Shown here piece after piece: positions 35,105 to 43,778 of a stretch of DNA of 64,000 nt (its first letter is position 1; each line of letters starts with the position of its first letter). Location: contig OZ223302.1 in assembly GCA_965140705.1 (NCBI GenBank), positions 256,001 through 320,000 of the forward strand, in the 5' to 3' direction. Position numbers and translations under genes: made by a program. The stretch comes from an uncultured Arcobacter sp. (lineage in GTDB: Bacteria > Campylobacterota > Campylobacteria > Campylobacterales > Arcobacteraceae). The notes under the pieces are model-generated. The model was given only the letters and a program-made list of their open reading frames with translations. It searched no databases and was not told the origin of the DNA.

Positions 35105-37116
35105 GTATCTTAAATAGTTTTGTAAAAGAATATAGCGATAAGTTTTTTAAAAAAGAAGAAGTCTTTGAAACTGGATTAGTAGGTGATATTAAAAGAGTAA
35201 GCTTAAAACTTATGGACGAGAAATTTCATCCATCTTTTCAATTAAAATCTATATTAGACAAACAATTAAGAAGAGCTAGATACCCAATGGAAGTTGCAAT
35301 TACTGGACAGTTTTCTTCAGGTAAATCTACATTCCTAAATGCCCTACTTTCAAAAAATATTTTACCAACAGGAATTACACCTGTTACCTCAAAAGTTAAC
35401 TTTTTAAATTATGGAGAAGAGTATAAATTAAAAATAACTTATTACTCAGGTGCACAAGAATATGCTCCTATTGAAGCAATAGCTGATTTTACAGATCAAA
35501 GAAAAAATGAGATGAGTGAGATAAAATACCTAACACTTTATGCACCTATGGACATATTAAAAGATATCTCTTTTGTGGATACACCAGGACTTAATTCTCA
35601 AAGCCAAAGTGATACAGACACTACAAGAAAAGTTTTAAGGGATGTTGGTGGTATTATTTGGTTGACACTTATTGATAATGCAGGGAAAAAATCTGAAGCA
35701 GAAGTACTAGAAGAGTATATGGAACAATTTAAAAATAAATCCCTTTGTGTACTTAATCAAAAAGATAAATTTACAGAAGAACAAATCGAGACTACAACAA
35801 AATATGTACGAGAAAAATTCTCTAAATATTTTGCTCAAGTTACTCCAATCTCAGCGAAAATGGCACTTCAAGCAAGAGCCCATGATAAAGATGTTTTGAT
35901 AAATGATGAATATGAAAAATTCATTAGTGAATTTAAAAATGATTTAAAAAATAATGAAGTTGAATCTTTAAACTTTTTTGAAAATAAATTCACAGAATAC
36001 AAAAATAAAATATCTAAAATAAATCTTCAAGATTCAAAGGATAATATAAGACTTCAAGAGGAATCAAATATACAACAAGTAATTGATTTCATAGAAAATA
36101 CAATAAGACCTCAAGCATTAGAATCAAAAGAGTTTGCTATAAAAAGAGACCTTAAAGGTATTTGTGACATTTTGATGAATGAATATCAAAATATTCTTGG
36201 AGTTTATGATAATTTGGTGGAAATATTAAAATCATCAGAGAACGATATTTTAAACGCATTGGATGATATTCACAAAAAGTATTCTAAAGAATTATTTTCC
36301 ATTTATAACTCATTAGAAGTTATTATGGAAAAAATGGCCCATGAAACATTTAAAAATATTAAAACAGCAAAAGCCAATAGATATGAAAATAAAACCGGTT
36401 TTTTAAATAAAGAAAACTATGCAAAAATTGAATATAACACTTATTGGATAGATAGTGATAATGTATACAAAAATCTATTTTATGATGATCAAACAATTGA
36501 TAAAATGTTTAAAAAATCAATTAAAGACTTAAAACAAATAGAACTAAGTGCAGATGAATCATTTAGAGATGTTTACAAAACACTTAAAAATAACGTTCAC
36601 AGATGGCAAGAACCATTTGAGTTGATTAAAAAAAATAGAGATGTTGCCTCAGATATAGAGTTTTCAACAACAAGACACTTTGCTGCAAAAGTTTATGAAA
36701 ATGTATTAAGTTCATACCATAGAGCAATACTAGAAAATATTTCAGCACTTAGAAAAAAGTTTGCATACTTCAATGGAGCCTTATCATATAGTTATATTCA
36801 AACGACACAAGCTACTATTGCCCATTTTGAACAGCAAATAGCTGAATCAATACTTCTATATGAAAAAGAACCTACAAAATTTACAGTATACCATCCAAGA
36901 GAAGATGAAATACTTACAAAACTAAAAGCAAATTTTGGTTTTGAAAAAATTGAAGATTTTTTAACTTCAAAAAGAAATTATTTATTTAAAATTATAAAAT
37001 ACTCAAAAGAACAATATTTAGAAATAAATGAAGATAGAATAAACTTTGTTGAATCAAGAAAAGGAGAATATATTGATAAAATAGAGGATTTAAAAAAGAT
37101 AAAAGATGAGATTTAA
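35101..37116 (+). CDS. Bacterial dynamin-like protein 2 (DLP2-like)
   Basis: GQFSSGKS, LPTGITPVT, DTPG, NQKD; 4-nt overlap with the upstream gene. Confidence 0.88.
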   Translation: MSILNSFVKEYSDKFFKKEEVFETGLVGDIKRVSLKLMDEKFHPSFQLKSILDKQLRRARYPMEVAITGQFSSGKSTFLNALLSKNILPTGITPVTSKVNFLNYGEEYKLKITYYSGAQEYAPIEAIADFTDQRKNEMSEIKYLTLYAPMDILKDISFVDTPGLNSQSQSDTDTTRKVLRDVGGIIWLTLIDNAGKKSEAEVLEEYMEQFKNKSLCVLNQKDKFTEEQIETTTKYVREKFSKYFAQVTPISAKMALQARAHDKDVLINDEYEKFISEFKNDLKNNEVESLNFFENKFTEYKNKISKINLQDSKDNIRLQEESNIQQVIDFIENTIRPQALESKEFAIKRDLKGICDILMNEYQNILGVYDNLVEILKSSENDILNALDDIHKKYSKELFSIYNSLEVIMEKMAHETFKNIKTAKANRYENKTGFLNKENYAKIEYNTYWIDSDNVYKNLFYDDQTIDKMFKKSIKDLKQIELSADESFRDVYKTLKNNVHRWQEPFELIKKNRDVASDIEFSTTRHFAAKVYENVLSSYHRAILENISALRKKFAYFNGALSYSYIQTTQATIAHFEQQIAESILLYEKEPTKFTVYHPREDEILTKLKANFGFEKIEDFLTSKRNYLFKIIKYSKEQYLEINEDRINFVESRKGEYIDKIEDLKKIKDEI

Positions 37117-37166
37117 TAAATTTAATCTTAAATTTTAGAATTTAGATAAATTTAAGCGAAATACTA

Positions 37167-37195
37167 TTGACAATATTGTATTTTTTTAATATTAT
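37167..37195 (+). promoter_or_regulatory. sigma70 promoter of the tRNA cluster
   Basis: TTGACA-N17-TATTAT, 16 nt before tRNA-Gln. Confidence 0.85.
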
Positions 37196-37211
37196 TTCAG
37201 TCCATTTTGAT

Positions 37212-37286
37212 TGGGGTATCGCCAAGTGGTAAGGCCTCGGCTTTTGGTGCCGATATTCGCAGGTTCGAATCCTGCTACCCCATCCA
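37212..37286 (+). tRNA. tRNA-Gln(TTG)
   Basis: TGGGGTATCGCCAAGTGGTAAGGC...CTTTTGGTG...TACCCCATCCA. Confidence 0.95.
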
Positions 37287-37302
37287 AATTGTTTTTTTAT
37301 GT

Positions 37303-37389
37303 GCGAGTGTGGCGGAATAGGTAGACGCGTGGGACTTAAAATCCCATTCCGGTTTCGGAGTATGAGTTCGATTCTCATCATTCGCACCA
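37303..37389 (+). tRNA. tRNA-Leu(TAA)
   Basis: Anticodon arm TGGGA-CTTAAAA-TCCCA, long variable arm, CCA end. Confidence 0.95.
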
Positions 37390-37396
37390 TAAAAGA

Positions 37397-37473
37397 GCGG
37401 GAGTAGCTCAGTTGGCTAGAGCTTCTGCCTTCCAAGCAGATTGTCGCGAGTTCGAGTCTCGTCTCCCGCTCCA
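37397..37473 (+). tRNA. tRNA-Gly(TCC)
   Basis: GCGGGAG...TCTGC-CTTCCAA-GCAGA...CTCCCGCTCCA. Confidence 0.96.
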
Positions 37474-37487
37474 CTTTTTCATGTAAT

Positions 37488-37563
37488 GACCCGTTAGCTC
37501 AGTTGGTAGAGCATCTCACTTTTAATGAGGGGGCCAATGGTTCGAATCCATTACGGGTCACCA
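37488..37563 (+). tRNA. tRNA-Lys(TTT)
   Basis: GACCCGT...CTCA-CTTTTAA-TGAG...ACGGGTCACCA. Confidence 0.95.
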
Positions 37564-37580
37564 TTACAGTTTTTTTATAC

Positions 37581-37657
<77 letters not shown>

Positions 37658-37672
37658 AAATTTAGCCATAGT

Positions 37673-37749
37673 GTCAAGGTAGCTCAGCTGGCTAGAGCGC
37701 TGGTCTCATAAGCCGGAGGTCGGGAGTTCAAGTCTCCCTCTTGACACCA
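37673..37749 (+). tRNA. tRNA-Met(CAT), probably elongator
   Basis: GTCAAGG...CTGGT-CTCATAA-GCCGG...CTTGACACCA; Ile2 not excluded. Confidence 0.85.
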
Positions 37750-37761
37750 TTTCTAACACAC

Positions 37762-37838
37762 GCTGGTGTAGCTCAGTTGGCTAGAGCAGCTGATTTGTAA
37801 TCAGCAGGTCGGGGGTTCAACTCCCTTCACCAGCTCCA
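37762..37838 (+). tRNA. tRNA-Thr(TGT)
   Basis: GCTGGTG...GCTGA-TTTGTAA-TCAGC...CACCAGCTCCA. Confidence 0.95.
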
Positions 37839-37868
37839 TTTTATAAATTACACACTAATAACAAATAT

Positions 37869-37957
37869 AGAGAGTTGCCAGAGTTGGTCGAATGGACCGG
37901 TTTTGAAAACCGGCGAGGTTCACGCCTCCGAGGGTTCGAATCCCTTGCTCTCTGCCA
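37869..37957 (+). tRNA. tRNA-Ser(TGA)
   Basis: CCGGT-TTTGAAA-ACCGG, long variable arm, G73 discriminator, CCA. Confidence 0.93.
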
Positions 37958-38019
37958 CTATTCACCTAATCAATAATCAAATCAAAAAAATATATAATTT
38001 ACAAAAACAAGAAGTTGAA

Positions 38020-38379
38020 ATGATAAATTTAGAATATACAGATGTATTTGATAACAATAAAACCAAAGAAATAAAGTTTTCCAAAAACCTTATTAAAACT
38101 CCATACAATGAGAAGTCACTCTTAGCTATTTTAGTTGATGGTAAATCAATGGAACCTGTTATAAATCACAAAGCAGTAATAGTTGCAGATATATCAAATA
38201 AAAAACTAGAAAATGGAAGTATCTATTTAATTTATTATGAAAATAAAATGTGGGTTAAAAAATATGATTCAAAAAATAAAACCTTTATATCTATAAACCC
38301 TAATTTTTCTCATTTAATTTATAAAGAAGAAGAGATTCATTTAGTGGCAAGAGTAATACTTACTTTTACAAATCTCTAA
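38020..38379 (+). CDS. Stand-alone S24 peptidase domain protein (LexA/UmuD/CI C-terminal-like)
   Basis: VDGKSMEP (Ser) and WVKK (Lys), ISINP. Start moved to ATG 38020 because the track start overlaps tRNA-Ser. Confidence 0.8.
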   Translation: MINLEYTDVFDNNKTKEIKFSKNLIKTPYNEKSLLAILVDGKSMEPVINHKAVIVADISNKKLENGSIYLIYYENKMWVKKYDSKNKTFISINPNFSHLIYKEEEIHLVARVILTFTNL

Positions 38380-38387
38380 ACTTCTTT

Positions 38388-38777
38388 TTATATTCGAATA
38401 TTTCTTTGTAAATAACCAATCATATCTTTATTTACAAAATCCATACTACTTTCCATCCTTTTTGTACTTTTTAGCTTTATAAGAGTGTTTGTGTATGTTT
38501 CTATTTTATTGGTTAATTTTCTATCATTTAATAATAAAATTATTTTGGCAGAAGTTTTTTTTATCTCTCTTAGCCTTTCATCAATATCCCCCTCCTCTAT
38601 TGATAAAATATCCTCTGTCAATTTTGAAAATAGCTCTAATTTTTTATTTCTAAGCCATTTATTTTGTTCAATTTTATTATTAATTTTTGTAGAAACAAGG
38701 GTATCAACCAATTTAGTAGCAACTGCTCCAACTAATGCACTTTTGGCTACTGAAGAAATCAAAGTTAAATTTAGCAT
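38388..38777 (-). CDS. Hypothetical protein with an N-terminal hydrophobic Ala/Gly helix
   Basis: 129 aa, AAAGGA RBS, SALVGAVATKLV segment, divergent from Fur boxes. Confidence 0.7.
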   Translation of the reverse strand: MLNLTLISSVAKSALVGAVATKLVDTLVSTKINNKIEQNKWLRNKKLELFSKLTEDILSIEEGDIDERLREIKKTSAKIILLLNDRKLTNKIETYTNTLIKLKSTKRMESSMDFVNKDMIGYLQRNIRI

Positions 38778-38835
38778 AATATATCCTTTTTAGTTTCCTG
38801 ATTATATGAACAATAAACTTAAATCTAAATTATAA

Positions 38836-38900
38836 TGATAATAAGTATCATTAATATTATTTTAAGGTCACAATAAGTATCATATTGATAACAATAATCA
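38836..38900. promoter_or_regulatory. Two Fur boxes
   Basis: TGATAATAAGTATCA (38836-38850) and TGATAACAATAATCA (38886-38900). Confidence 0.8.
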
Positions 38901-38911
38901 AGGTTAATAAA

Positions 38912-39043
38912 ATGAAAAAAATTGAAAAATTATCTTTATATAAAAAGAATTTAAAAATTCACAGTAATCTATGGAAAGTTTATTATTCAGCACTATTTTT
39001 TGCCATTTCCTTTGTCATAATAAAAGATTTAATTAATGCTTGA
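38912..39043 (+). CDS. Small putative membrane protein, 43 aa (not in the ORF track)
   Basis: MKKIEKLSLYKKNLKIHSNLWKVYYSALFFAISFVIIKDLINA; AAGG upstream; stop overlaps the next start by 8 nt. Confidence 0.5.
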   Translation: MKKIEKLSLYKKNLKIHSNLWKVYYSALFFAISFVIIKDLINA

Positions 39044-39485
39044 AAAAAACGAACTTCAATTTAATAACTTATTAAAAAAATACAGACAACACTTTAAAAA
39101 CCTAAAATTAAAAAATACTATACAAAAGGATTATCTTCTAAAGGCTTTATACTACTCAGAAGGTCACTTAAGCGCAGAAAAACTAACTAAAGAATTAAAA
39201 TCTCAATATAAAATAAATATATCTATTGTAACAGTGTATAAGATTTTAAAATTATTTGAAGAACTTAAAATAGTAAAATGTTTAAAAGTCCTTGAAAATG
39301 CAAAGTTTTATGAATTAAACTTTTCTAACCATAACCATCTTATTTGTAATTCTTGCCGTACGATTATTGAATTTAAAGATCAAGTTATAGAAAATAAACA
39401 ATTAACAATAGCAAAAAGCAATAATTATATTCTTAAAGATAATGTAATAACTATATATGGGTTATGCCCTAAATGTCAAAAATAA
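39036..39485 (+). CDS. Fur-family transcriptional regulator (paralog)
   Basis: HLSAEKL, VTVYKILKLF, NHNHLICNSC, YGLCPKC. Confidence 0.9.
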   Translation: MLEKNELQFNNLLKKYRQHFKNLKLKNTIQKDYLLKALYYSEGHLSAEKLTKELKSQYKINISIVTVYKILKLFEELKIVKCLKVLENAKFYELNFSNHNHLICNSCRTIIEFKDQVIENKQLTIAKSNNYILKDNVITIYGLCPKCQK

Positions 39486-39499
39486 AACAAAATCTTTTT

Positions 39500-39514
39500 T
39501 GATAATGATTATAA
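39500..39514. promoter_or_regulatory. Fur box upstream of the fez-like operon
   Basis: TGATAATGATTATAA, one mismatch to consensus. Confidence 0.8.
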
Positions 39515-39571
39515 GTTTATAATAAGATATTATTAAGACTATATACACAATAATCTAAAAAAGGACTAAAT

Positions 39572-39886
39572 TTGATTACTACAGAAGAAATTATAAATAT
39601 AGCAAAATTTTTTACAATAATTGCACATACTCCAGGAAGATTGAGAGTAAGAGTTAACCCTAAAATAAAAGATTCTGCTGGAAATATTTCCATTGAAGAT
39701 ATAGAAAAACTACCAGAAAAAATATCTGGAATAGAACATATTAAAATAAACAAAATTATTGCCTCAGTTACAATTAAATATGACCCAAAAATATTCAAAC
39801 CTAAAACTTGGGAAGATTTAATACATCAAAAAAACATAGACGAAATAACTGTTTTAATAAACAATTTAGCAAAGGAGGTTATTTAA
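39572..39886 (+). CDS. HMA2-like domain protein (FezC-like)
   Basis: HTPGRLRVR...ISGIEHIKINKIIASVTIKYDP; HMA-like pattern without CxxC. Confidence 0.75.
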   Translation: MITTEEIINIAKFFTIIAHTPGRLRVRVNPKIKDSAGNISIEDIEKLPEKISGIEHIKINKIIASVTIKYDPKIFKPKTWEDLIHQKNIDEITVLINNLAKEVI

Positions 39887-40558
39887 TTGGAAACAAACAT
39901 AGATGAGCAACTTTTAATAAGTGCTAGAGTTGATATAAATAGTCAAATACCTATTACAACTCAAATACTTAGAATTGCTGTATATGATGAATATAAAGCT
40001 TATGAAACCTATACAAAAATAATTGAAAAGTTTGGTTTAATACGACCATTTGTAAATATCAAAGAAGCAGAAGCAATTCATTATGGTGTTTTGATTAAAC
40101 TAATGGAAAAATATGCAATTGAAGTACCTATTAATGATTGGTATGAAAAAATTGAAATTCCAAATACAATTATTGAGTGTTGTGAGATGGGGGTTGCAGC
40201 TGAAATTAATAATATTGCAATGTACAATAATTTATTAAGTCATGTAACTCAAGATGATATAAAAAATGTGCTTTATCAATTACAAGCTGCATCTTTTAAT
40301 AACCATCTACCTGCTTTTAGAAACTCTGTACTTATGCATTATACAAGCAATACAAATGCAAATCAAGAAAATATGATGGAAAAGCTTGGAGAATATCAAG
40401 CTTTATTAGATGAAATTATGGCAGGAAATATTGATGAAAGTTCCATTACAAAAATATTTTCGAAGCTTAATTTATCTATGACAAGTGGTGCTGTTTTTGG
40501 TGGTGCAATCATTGCACTTATGAATAATTATATTTCTAAAAATCAAAATGAGGAGTAG
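39887..40558 (+). CDS. Ferritin-like di-iron protein with a C-terminal Gly-rich hydrophobic tail
   Basis: DEYKAYETY, EAEAIH, AEINNIAMY, NHLPAF; tail SGAVFGGAIIAL. Confidence 0.75.
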   Translation: METNIDEQLLISARVDINSQIPITTQILRIAVYDEYKAYETYTKIIEKFGLIRPFVNIKEAEAIHYGVLIKLMEKYAIEVPINDWYEKIEIPNTIIECCEMGVAAEINNIAMYNNLLSHVTQDDIKNVLYQLQAASFNNHLPAFRNSVLMHYTSNTNANQENMMEKLGEYQALLDEIMAGNIDESSITKIFSKLNLSMTSGAVFGGAIIALMNNYISKNQNEE

Positions 40559-40561
40559 AAA

Positions 40562-40783
40562 ATGCCATTACCATTCTTAGTCGGTGTAGCCGTAGGAGCA
40601 GGTGCTGTACTTGCATATAACAAATCAGATAAAGTGAAAACAAAAACAGATGAAATAGTTGGTAAATCAAAAGAATTTGCAAATGAAACAATTAGTAAAA
40701 CCAAAAAAAATGTTAGTGAATTAAAAGATAATTTATGCTCAAAAAAAGAGACTAAAGAAAAAATACAGAAGGAAGAAAAATGA
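40562..40783 (+). CDS. Small GxxxG membrane protein (FezA-like)
   Basis: MPLPFLVGVAVGAGAVLAY followed by a charged helical tail; GAGGAG RBS. Confidence 0.7.
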   Translation: MPLPFLVGVAVGAGAVLAYNKSDKVKTKTDEIVGKSKEFANETISKTKKNVSELKDNLCSKKETKEKIQKEEK

Positions 40784-41142
40784 AAGAGATCGTTATAAAT
40801 ACAGGAACTCCAAGAAATGTTCTAGGACATGTAATTAGTGGAGCTATTGCATCTGCTGTTATTAGTGGAGCTATCAATTATAAAAAAGTAAAAGCAAATG
40901 AAGTAGAAAAAAAAGATGCAATTAAAGATACTATTAAAAAAACTTCACAAGGTGCAATAGCAACTGGTGCTGCTATTGCTACTGCTAATTATTTAGGTGA
41001 AAAAGGTGGCTTATTAAAAGCTGTTACTGCACTTTCTGTTGGAGCAATGGGAATTTATGCCCTAGAAGTTATTGAAGAACAGCTTGATAATAAATATCTA
41101 ACAAATGAAAACTGTCTTTTAGAAGAGGAAATTAATGAATAA
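40780..41142 (+). CDS. Ala/Gly-rich membrane protein (MamC-like architecture)
   Basis: GAIASAVISGAINYKKVK...QGAIATGAAIA...AVTALSVGAMG. Confidence 0.6.
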   Translation: MKEIVINTGTPRNVLGHVISGAIASAVISGAINYKKVKANEVEKKDAIKDTIKKTSQGAIATGAAIATANYLGEKGGLLKAVTALSVGAMGIYALEVIEEQLDNKYLTNENCLLEEEINE

Positions 41143-41476
41143 TAAATACGATATAAACATAGAAAATAGTAGACCAAGTGATATAAAAGCTACTGCTAAT
41201 ATAAATCAAAACCCATATATAAATCAAAATGCGAATCTTGTAAATAATCCACAACAACAAAATATTGAACAAGCACAAAGCGGATTTAATACAGGAGATT
41301 TTGTAAAAGGTGCATTAATAGGTGCAGCAGTTACATATTTGCTTACAAATAAAAATGCTCAAGAAAAAGCTATGCAAGTTTTTGGAAAAGGAAGTGAACT
41401 TTTTCAAGCAGGCATTGAAGAGTTAAAAGAGAAATATGAAGATATGAAAGCTCAAATGCAAGCGAATAATGAATAA
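41135..41476 (+). CDS. YtxH-like GxxxG membrane protein with an Asn/Gln-rich N-terminus
   Basis: GDFVKGALIGAAVTYLLTN followed by a coiled-coil tail (EELKEKYED). Confidence 0.7.
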   Translation: MNNKYDINIENSRPSDIKATANINQNPYINQNANLVNNPQQQNIEQAQSGFNTGDFVKGALIGAAVTYLLTNKNAQEKAMQVFGKGSELFQAGIEELKEKYEDMKAQMQANNE

Positions 41477-43583
41477 ACCTATGAATAATAACTTTATTAA
41501 AGTACATCAAACCTCTTCAAGGCTTAGATATAAATATTTTTTACTAAAAGAAAAATTTATAGATGAACTTATCTTAAAAAAGTACTTTGAAAAAATCAAG
41601 CATGTTGAAAGTGTACGAATAAATAAAAAAGCCTATTCAATTATATTTGAGATAAATAAAGACATTACAAGTGAAATTGAGTCTGTTTTAAGTAAATTAA
41701 CACTTGATGAACTACTAAACAATTGTCAAAATGAAGCTGTTTGTGTATCTTGTGTAAGTAATGAAGAACCATCAATAAAAGGTATGGTAAGAGCTTCAAG
41801 TGCACTGATTTCTGAAAGATTTGTAAGCAATAATTTATTAAAAGCTAGCATTACTACAAGTGCATCTATTCCCCTTTTGATTGATGGTTCAAAAGAACTT
41901 TTAGAAGAAGGTCTTACTTCAAAGGTTTTAGAAAGTGCAGCTGTTGCCATCTCAATTTATAGAAAAGATTATCTTGCTGCAAACTCTACAAATATGATGC
42001 TTGAACTTGGTGAATATATAGAAGAGACTACTGTTCATAAAAGTGATGATTTATTAAAAGAGTTAGCCAAACCAAATGTAGAAGAAGCTTGGGTTGAAAA
42101 AGTAGTTGATGGAAAGATAACTGAAGTTTTAATCAAAAGTAATGAAGTACAAGTTGGAGATATAGTAGTTGTTGGTATTGGAAATACAATACCAGTTGAT
42201 GGACATATTCTTGAAGGAACAGGTAGTGTAAATCAAGTATCTATGACAGGAGAAGCTGAACCAGTTGTAAGATATAGAGGTGATAGAGTTATCTCTGGAA
42301 CTATTGTAGAAGAAGGAAGATTTAGAATCTGGGCTGAACATGTAGGTTCAGATACAGCAACTCAAAGAATCAAACATTACATCGAAAATTCATTAAATGA
42401 AAAATCATCAGTTCAACTAAAAGCAAATAAATTAGCAAATAAATTAGTTCCTGTAACACTTGGACTTGCTGGTGTTTCATATATATTTGCAAGGGATTTT
42501 GAAAGGGTTGCTTCTATTTTACAAGCAGATTACTCTTGTGCTTTAAAACTAGCAACTCCTGTTGCTTTTAAATCAACTATTTCAAAAGCTGGACATAATG
42601 GAATTATGATAAAAGGTGCAAAATCTATTGAAGCCCTTAGTAATGCAGATACCTTTGTATTTGATAAAACTGGTACTTTAACTTGTGGGGAACTTGAAGT
42701 AATCTCAGTAGAATCTTATAGTGATGATTGGACAGAAGAGGAAGTATTAAATTTAACTGCTTCAACGGAAGAGCACTATTTTCATCCAGTTGCTGAAGCT
42801 GTTGTAAAAGCAGCAAAAGAGAGAGGTTTTGTACATATGCACCATGAAGAAGTAGAGTTCATAGTTGCACATGGAGTTAAAACAGAAGTAAAAGGAAAAT
42901 CTGTAGTAATTGGAAGTAGACATTTTGTTGAAGATGATGAAAAAATAGACTTCTCTAAACATAAAGATAAAATCAATAATTCACTAAAAAATGGTAAAAC
43001 TCTGCTTTATATTGGTTATGATGGAAAGCTTTTAGGAACTATTGGACTCTCTGATGAATTAAGAGAAAATACAAAAGAATCTATTAGTAAATTAAAAAAA
43101 CTAGGTGTCAAAAATATCATAATGCTAACAGGGGATACGAAAGAAAAAGCAAAACTTATTGCCGATGAAATTGGTATTGATGAAATACGAGCAGAATTAC
43201 TCCCACAAGACAAAGCAAAAATAGTAAAAGAGCTTATGAGTGAAGGGAAAAAAGTTGCATTTATTGGTGATGGAATAAATGATGCACCTGCACTAATATC
43301 TGCCCATGTTGGAATATCTATGAGTAGAGGTGCCGATATTGCAAAAGCAACTGCTGATATTAGTCTTTTAAAGGATGATATTGCCTGCGTTGTCGAAGCA
43401 AAAGAGTATGCTAATAAAACAATGAATTTAATTAATAACAATTTTAATGCAACAGTTGGAATCAACTCTTGTATACTTGCAGGTGCTACATTTGGCTTAT
43501 TTTCTCCAATTGTAACAGCTGTTTTACATAATGGGACAACCATTGGATTATTGCTTAATTCAATAAGGGGTGTCAAGCAGTAG
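41469..43583 (+). CDS. fezB: P1B-type heavy-metal ATPase, P1B-6/FezB-like
   Basis: N-terminal H...RLR, MTGE, ADYSCALKLATP, DKTGTLT, HP, GDGINDAPAL, LHNGTT. P-type ATPase is certain; the FezB subfamily call rests on motifs. Confidence 0.85.
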   Translation: MNKPMNNNFIKVHQTSSRLRYKYFLLKEKFIDELILKKYFEKIKHVESVRINKKAYSIIFEINKDITSEIESVLSKLTLDELLNNCQNEAVCVSCVSNEEPSIKGMVRASSALISERFVSNNLLKASITTSASIPLLIDGSKELLEEGLTSKVLESAAVAISIYRKDYLAANSTNMMLELGEYIEETTVHKSDDLLKELAKPNVEEAWVEKVVDGKITEVLIKSNEVQVGDIVVVGIGNTIPVDGHILEGTGSVNQVSMTGEAEPVVRYRGDRVISGTIVEEGRFRIWAEHVGSDTATQRIKHYIENSLNEKSSVQLKANKLANKLVPVTLGLAGVSYIFARDFERVASILQADYSCALKLATPVAFKSTISKAGHNGIMIKGAKSIEALSNADTFVFDKTGTLTCGELEVISVESYSDDWTEEEVLNLTASTEEHYFHPVAEAVVKAAKERGFVHMHHEEVEFIVAHGVKTEVKGKSVVIGSRHFVEDDEKIDFSKHKDKINNSLKNGKTLLYIGYDGKLLGTIGLSDELRENTKESISKLKKLGVKNIIMLTGDTKEKAKLIADEIGIDEIRAELLPQDKAKIVKELMSEGKKVAFIGDGINDAPALISAHVGISMSRGADIAKATADISLLKDDIACVVEAKEYANKTMNLINNNFNATVGINSCILAGATFGLFSPIVTAVLHNGTTIGLLLNSIRGVKQ

Positions 43584-43587
43584 TAAT

Positions 43588-43648
43588 TGATAATAGTTAT
43601 TAGTTTTATTTAAGTTTCTTTAGATAAAATATTGATAATTATTATCAA
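43588..43648. promoter_or_regulatory. Two Fur boxes
   Basis: TGATAATAGTTATTA (43588-43602) and the perfect TTGATAATTATTATCAA (43632-43648). Confidence 0.85.
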
Positions 43649-43658
43649 AAGGATTAAC

Positions 43659-43778
43659 ATGCCATTTTTATTACCGCTTGCCACAACTTTAACAGCAATT
43701 TTAACAGTGAAAACTATAAATAAAACTGCAAAAGTTCTAGATAAAAGGAAAAAAAGAAATGAAAGAAATGCCAATTGA
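43659..43778 (+). CDS. Small protein, 39 aa, hydrophobic N-terminus and basic tail (not in the ORF track)
   Basis: AAGGA RBS; MPFLLPLATTLTAILTVKTINKTAKVLDKRKKRNERNAN. Confidence 0.6.
   Translation: MPFLLPLATTLTAILTVKTINKTAKVLDKRKKRNERNAN

Noticed and set aside
37142..37474. 110-aa minus-strand ORF
   Set aside because: Antisense to tRNA-Gln/Leu/Gly.
37903..38019. N-terminal extension of the S24 ORF
   Set aside because: Overlaps tRNA-Ser; ATG 38020 is the plausible start.
41469..43583. Ordinary CadA/ZntA/CopA exporter
   Set aside because: Lacks CPC/SPC and CxxC metal-binding domains; has DYSC and HNxxT and sits behind Fur boxes.
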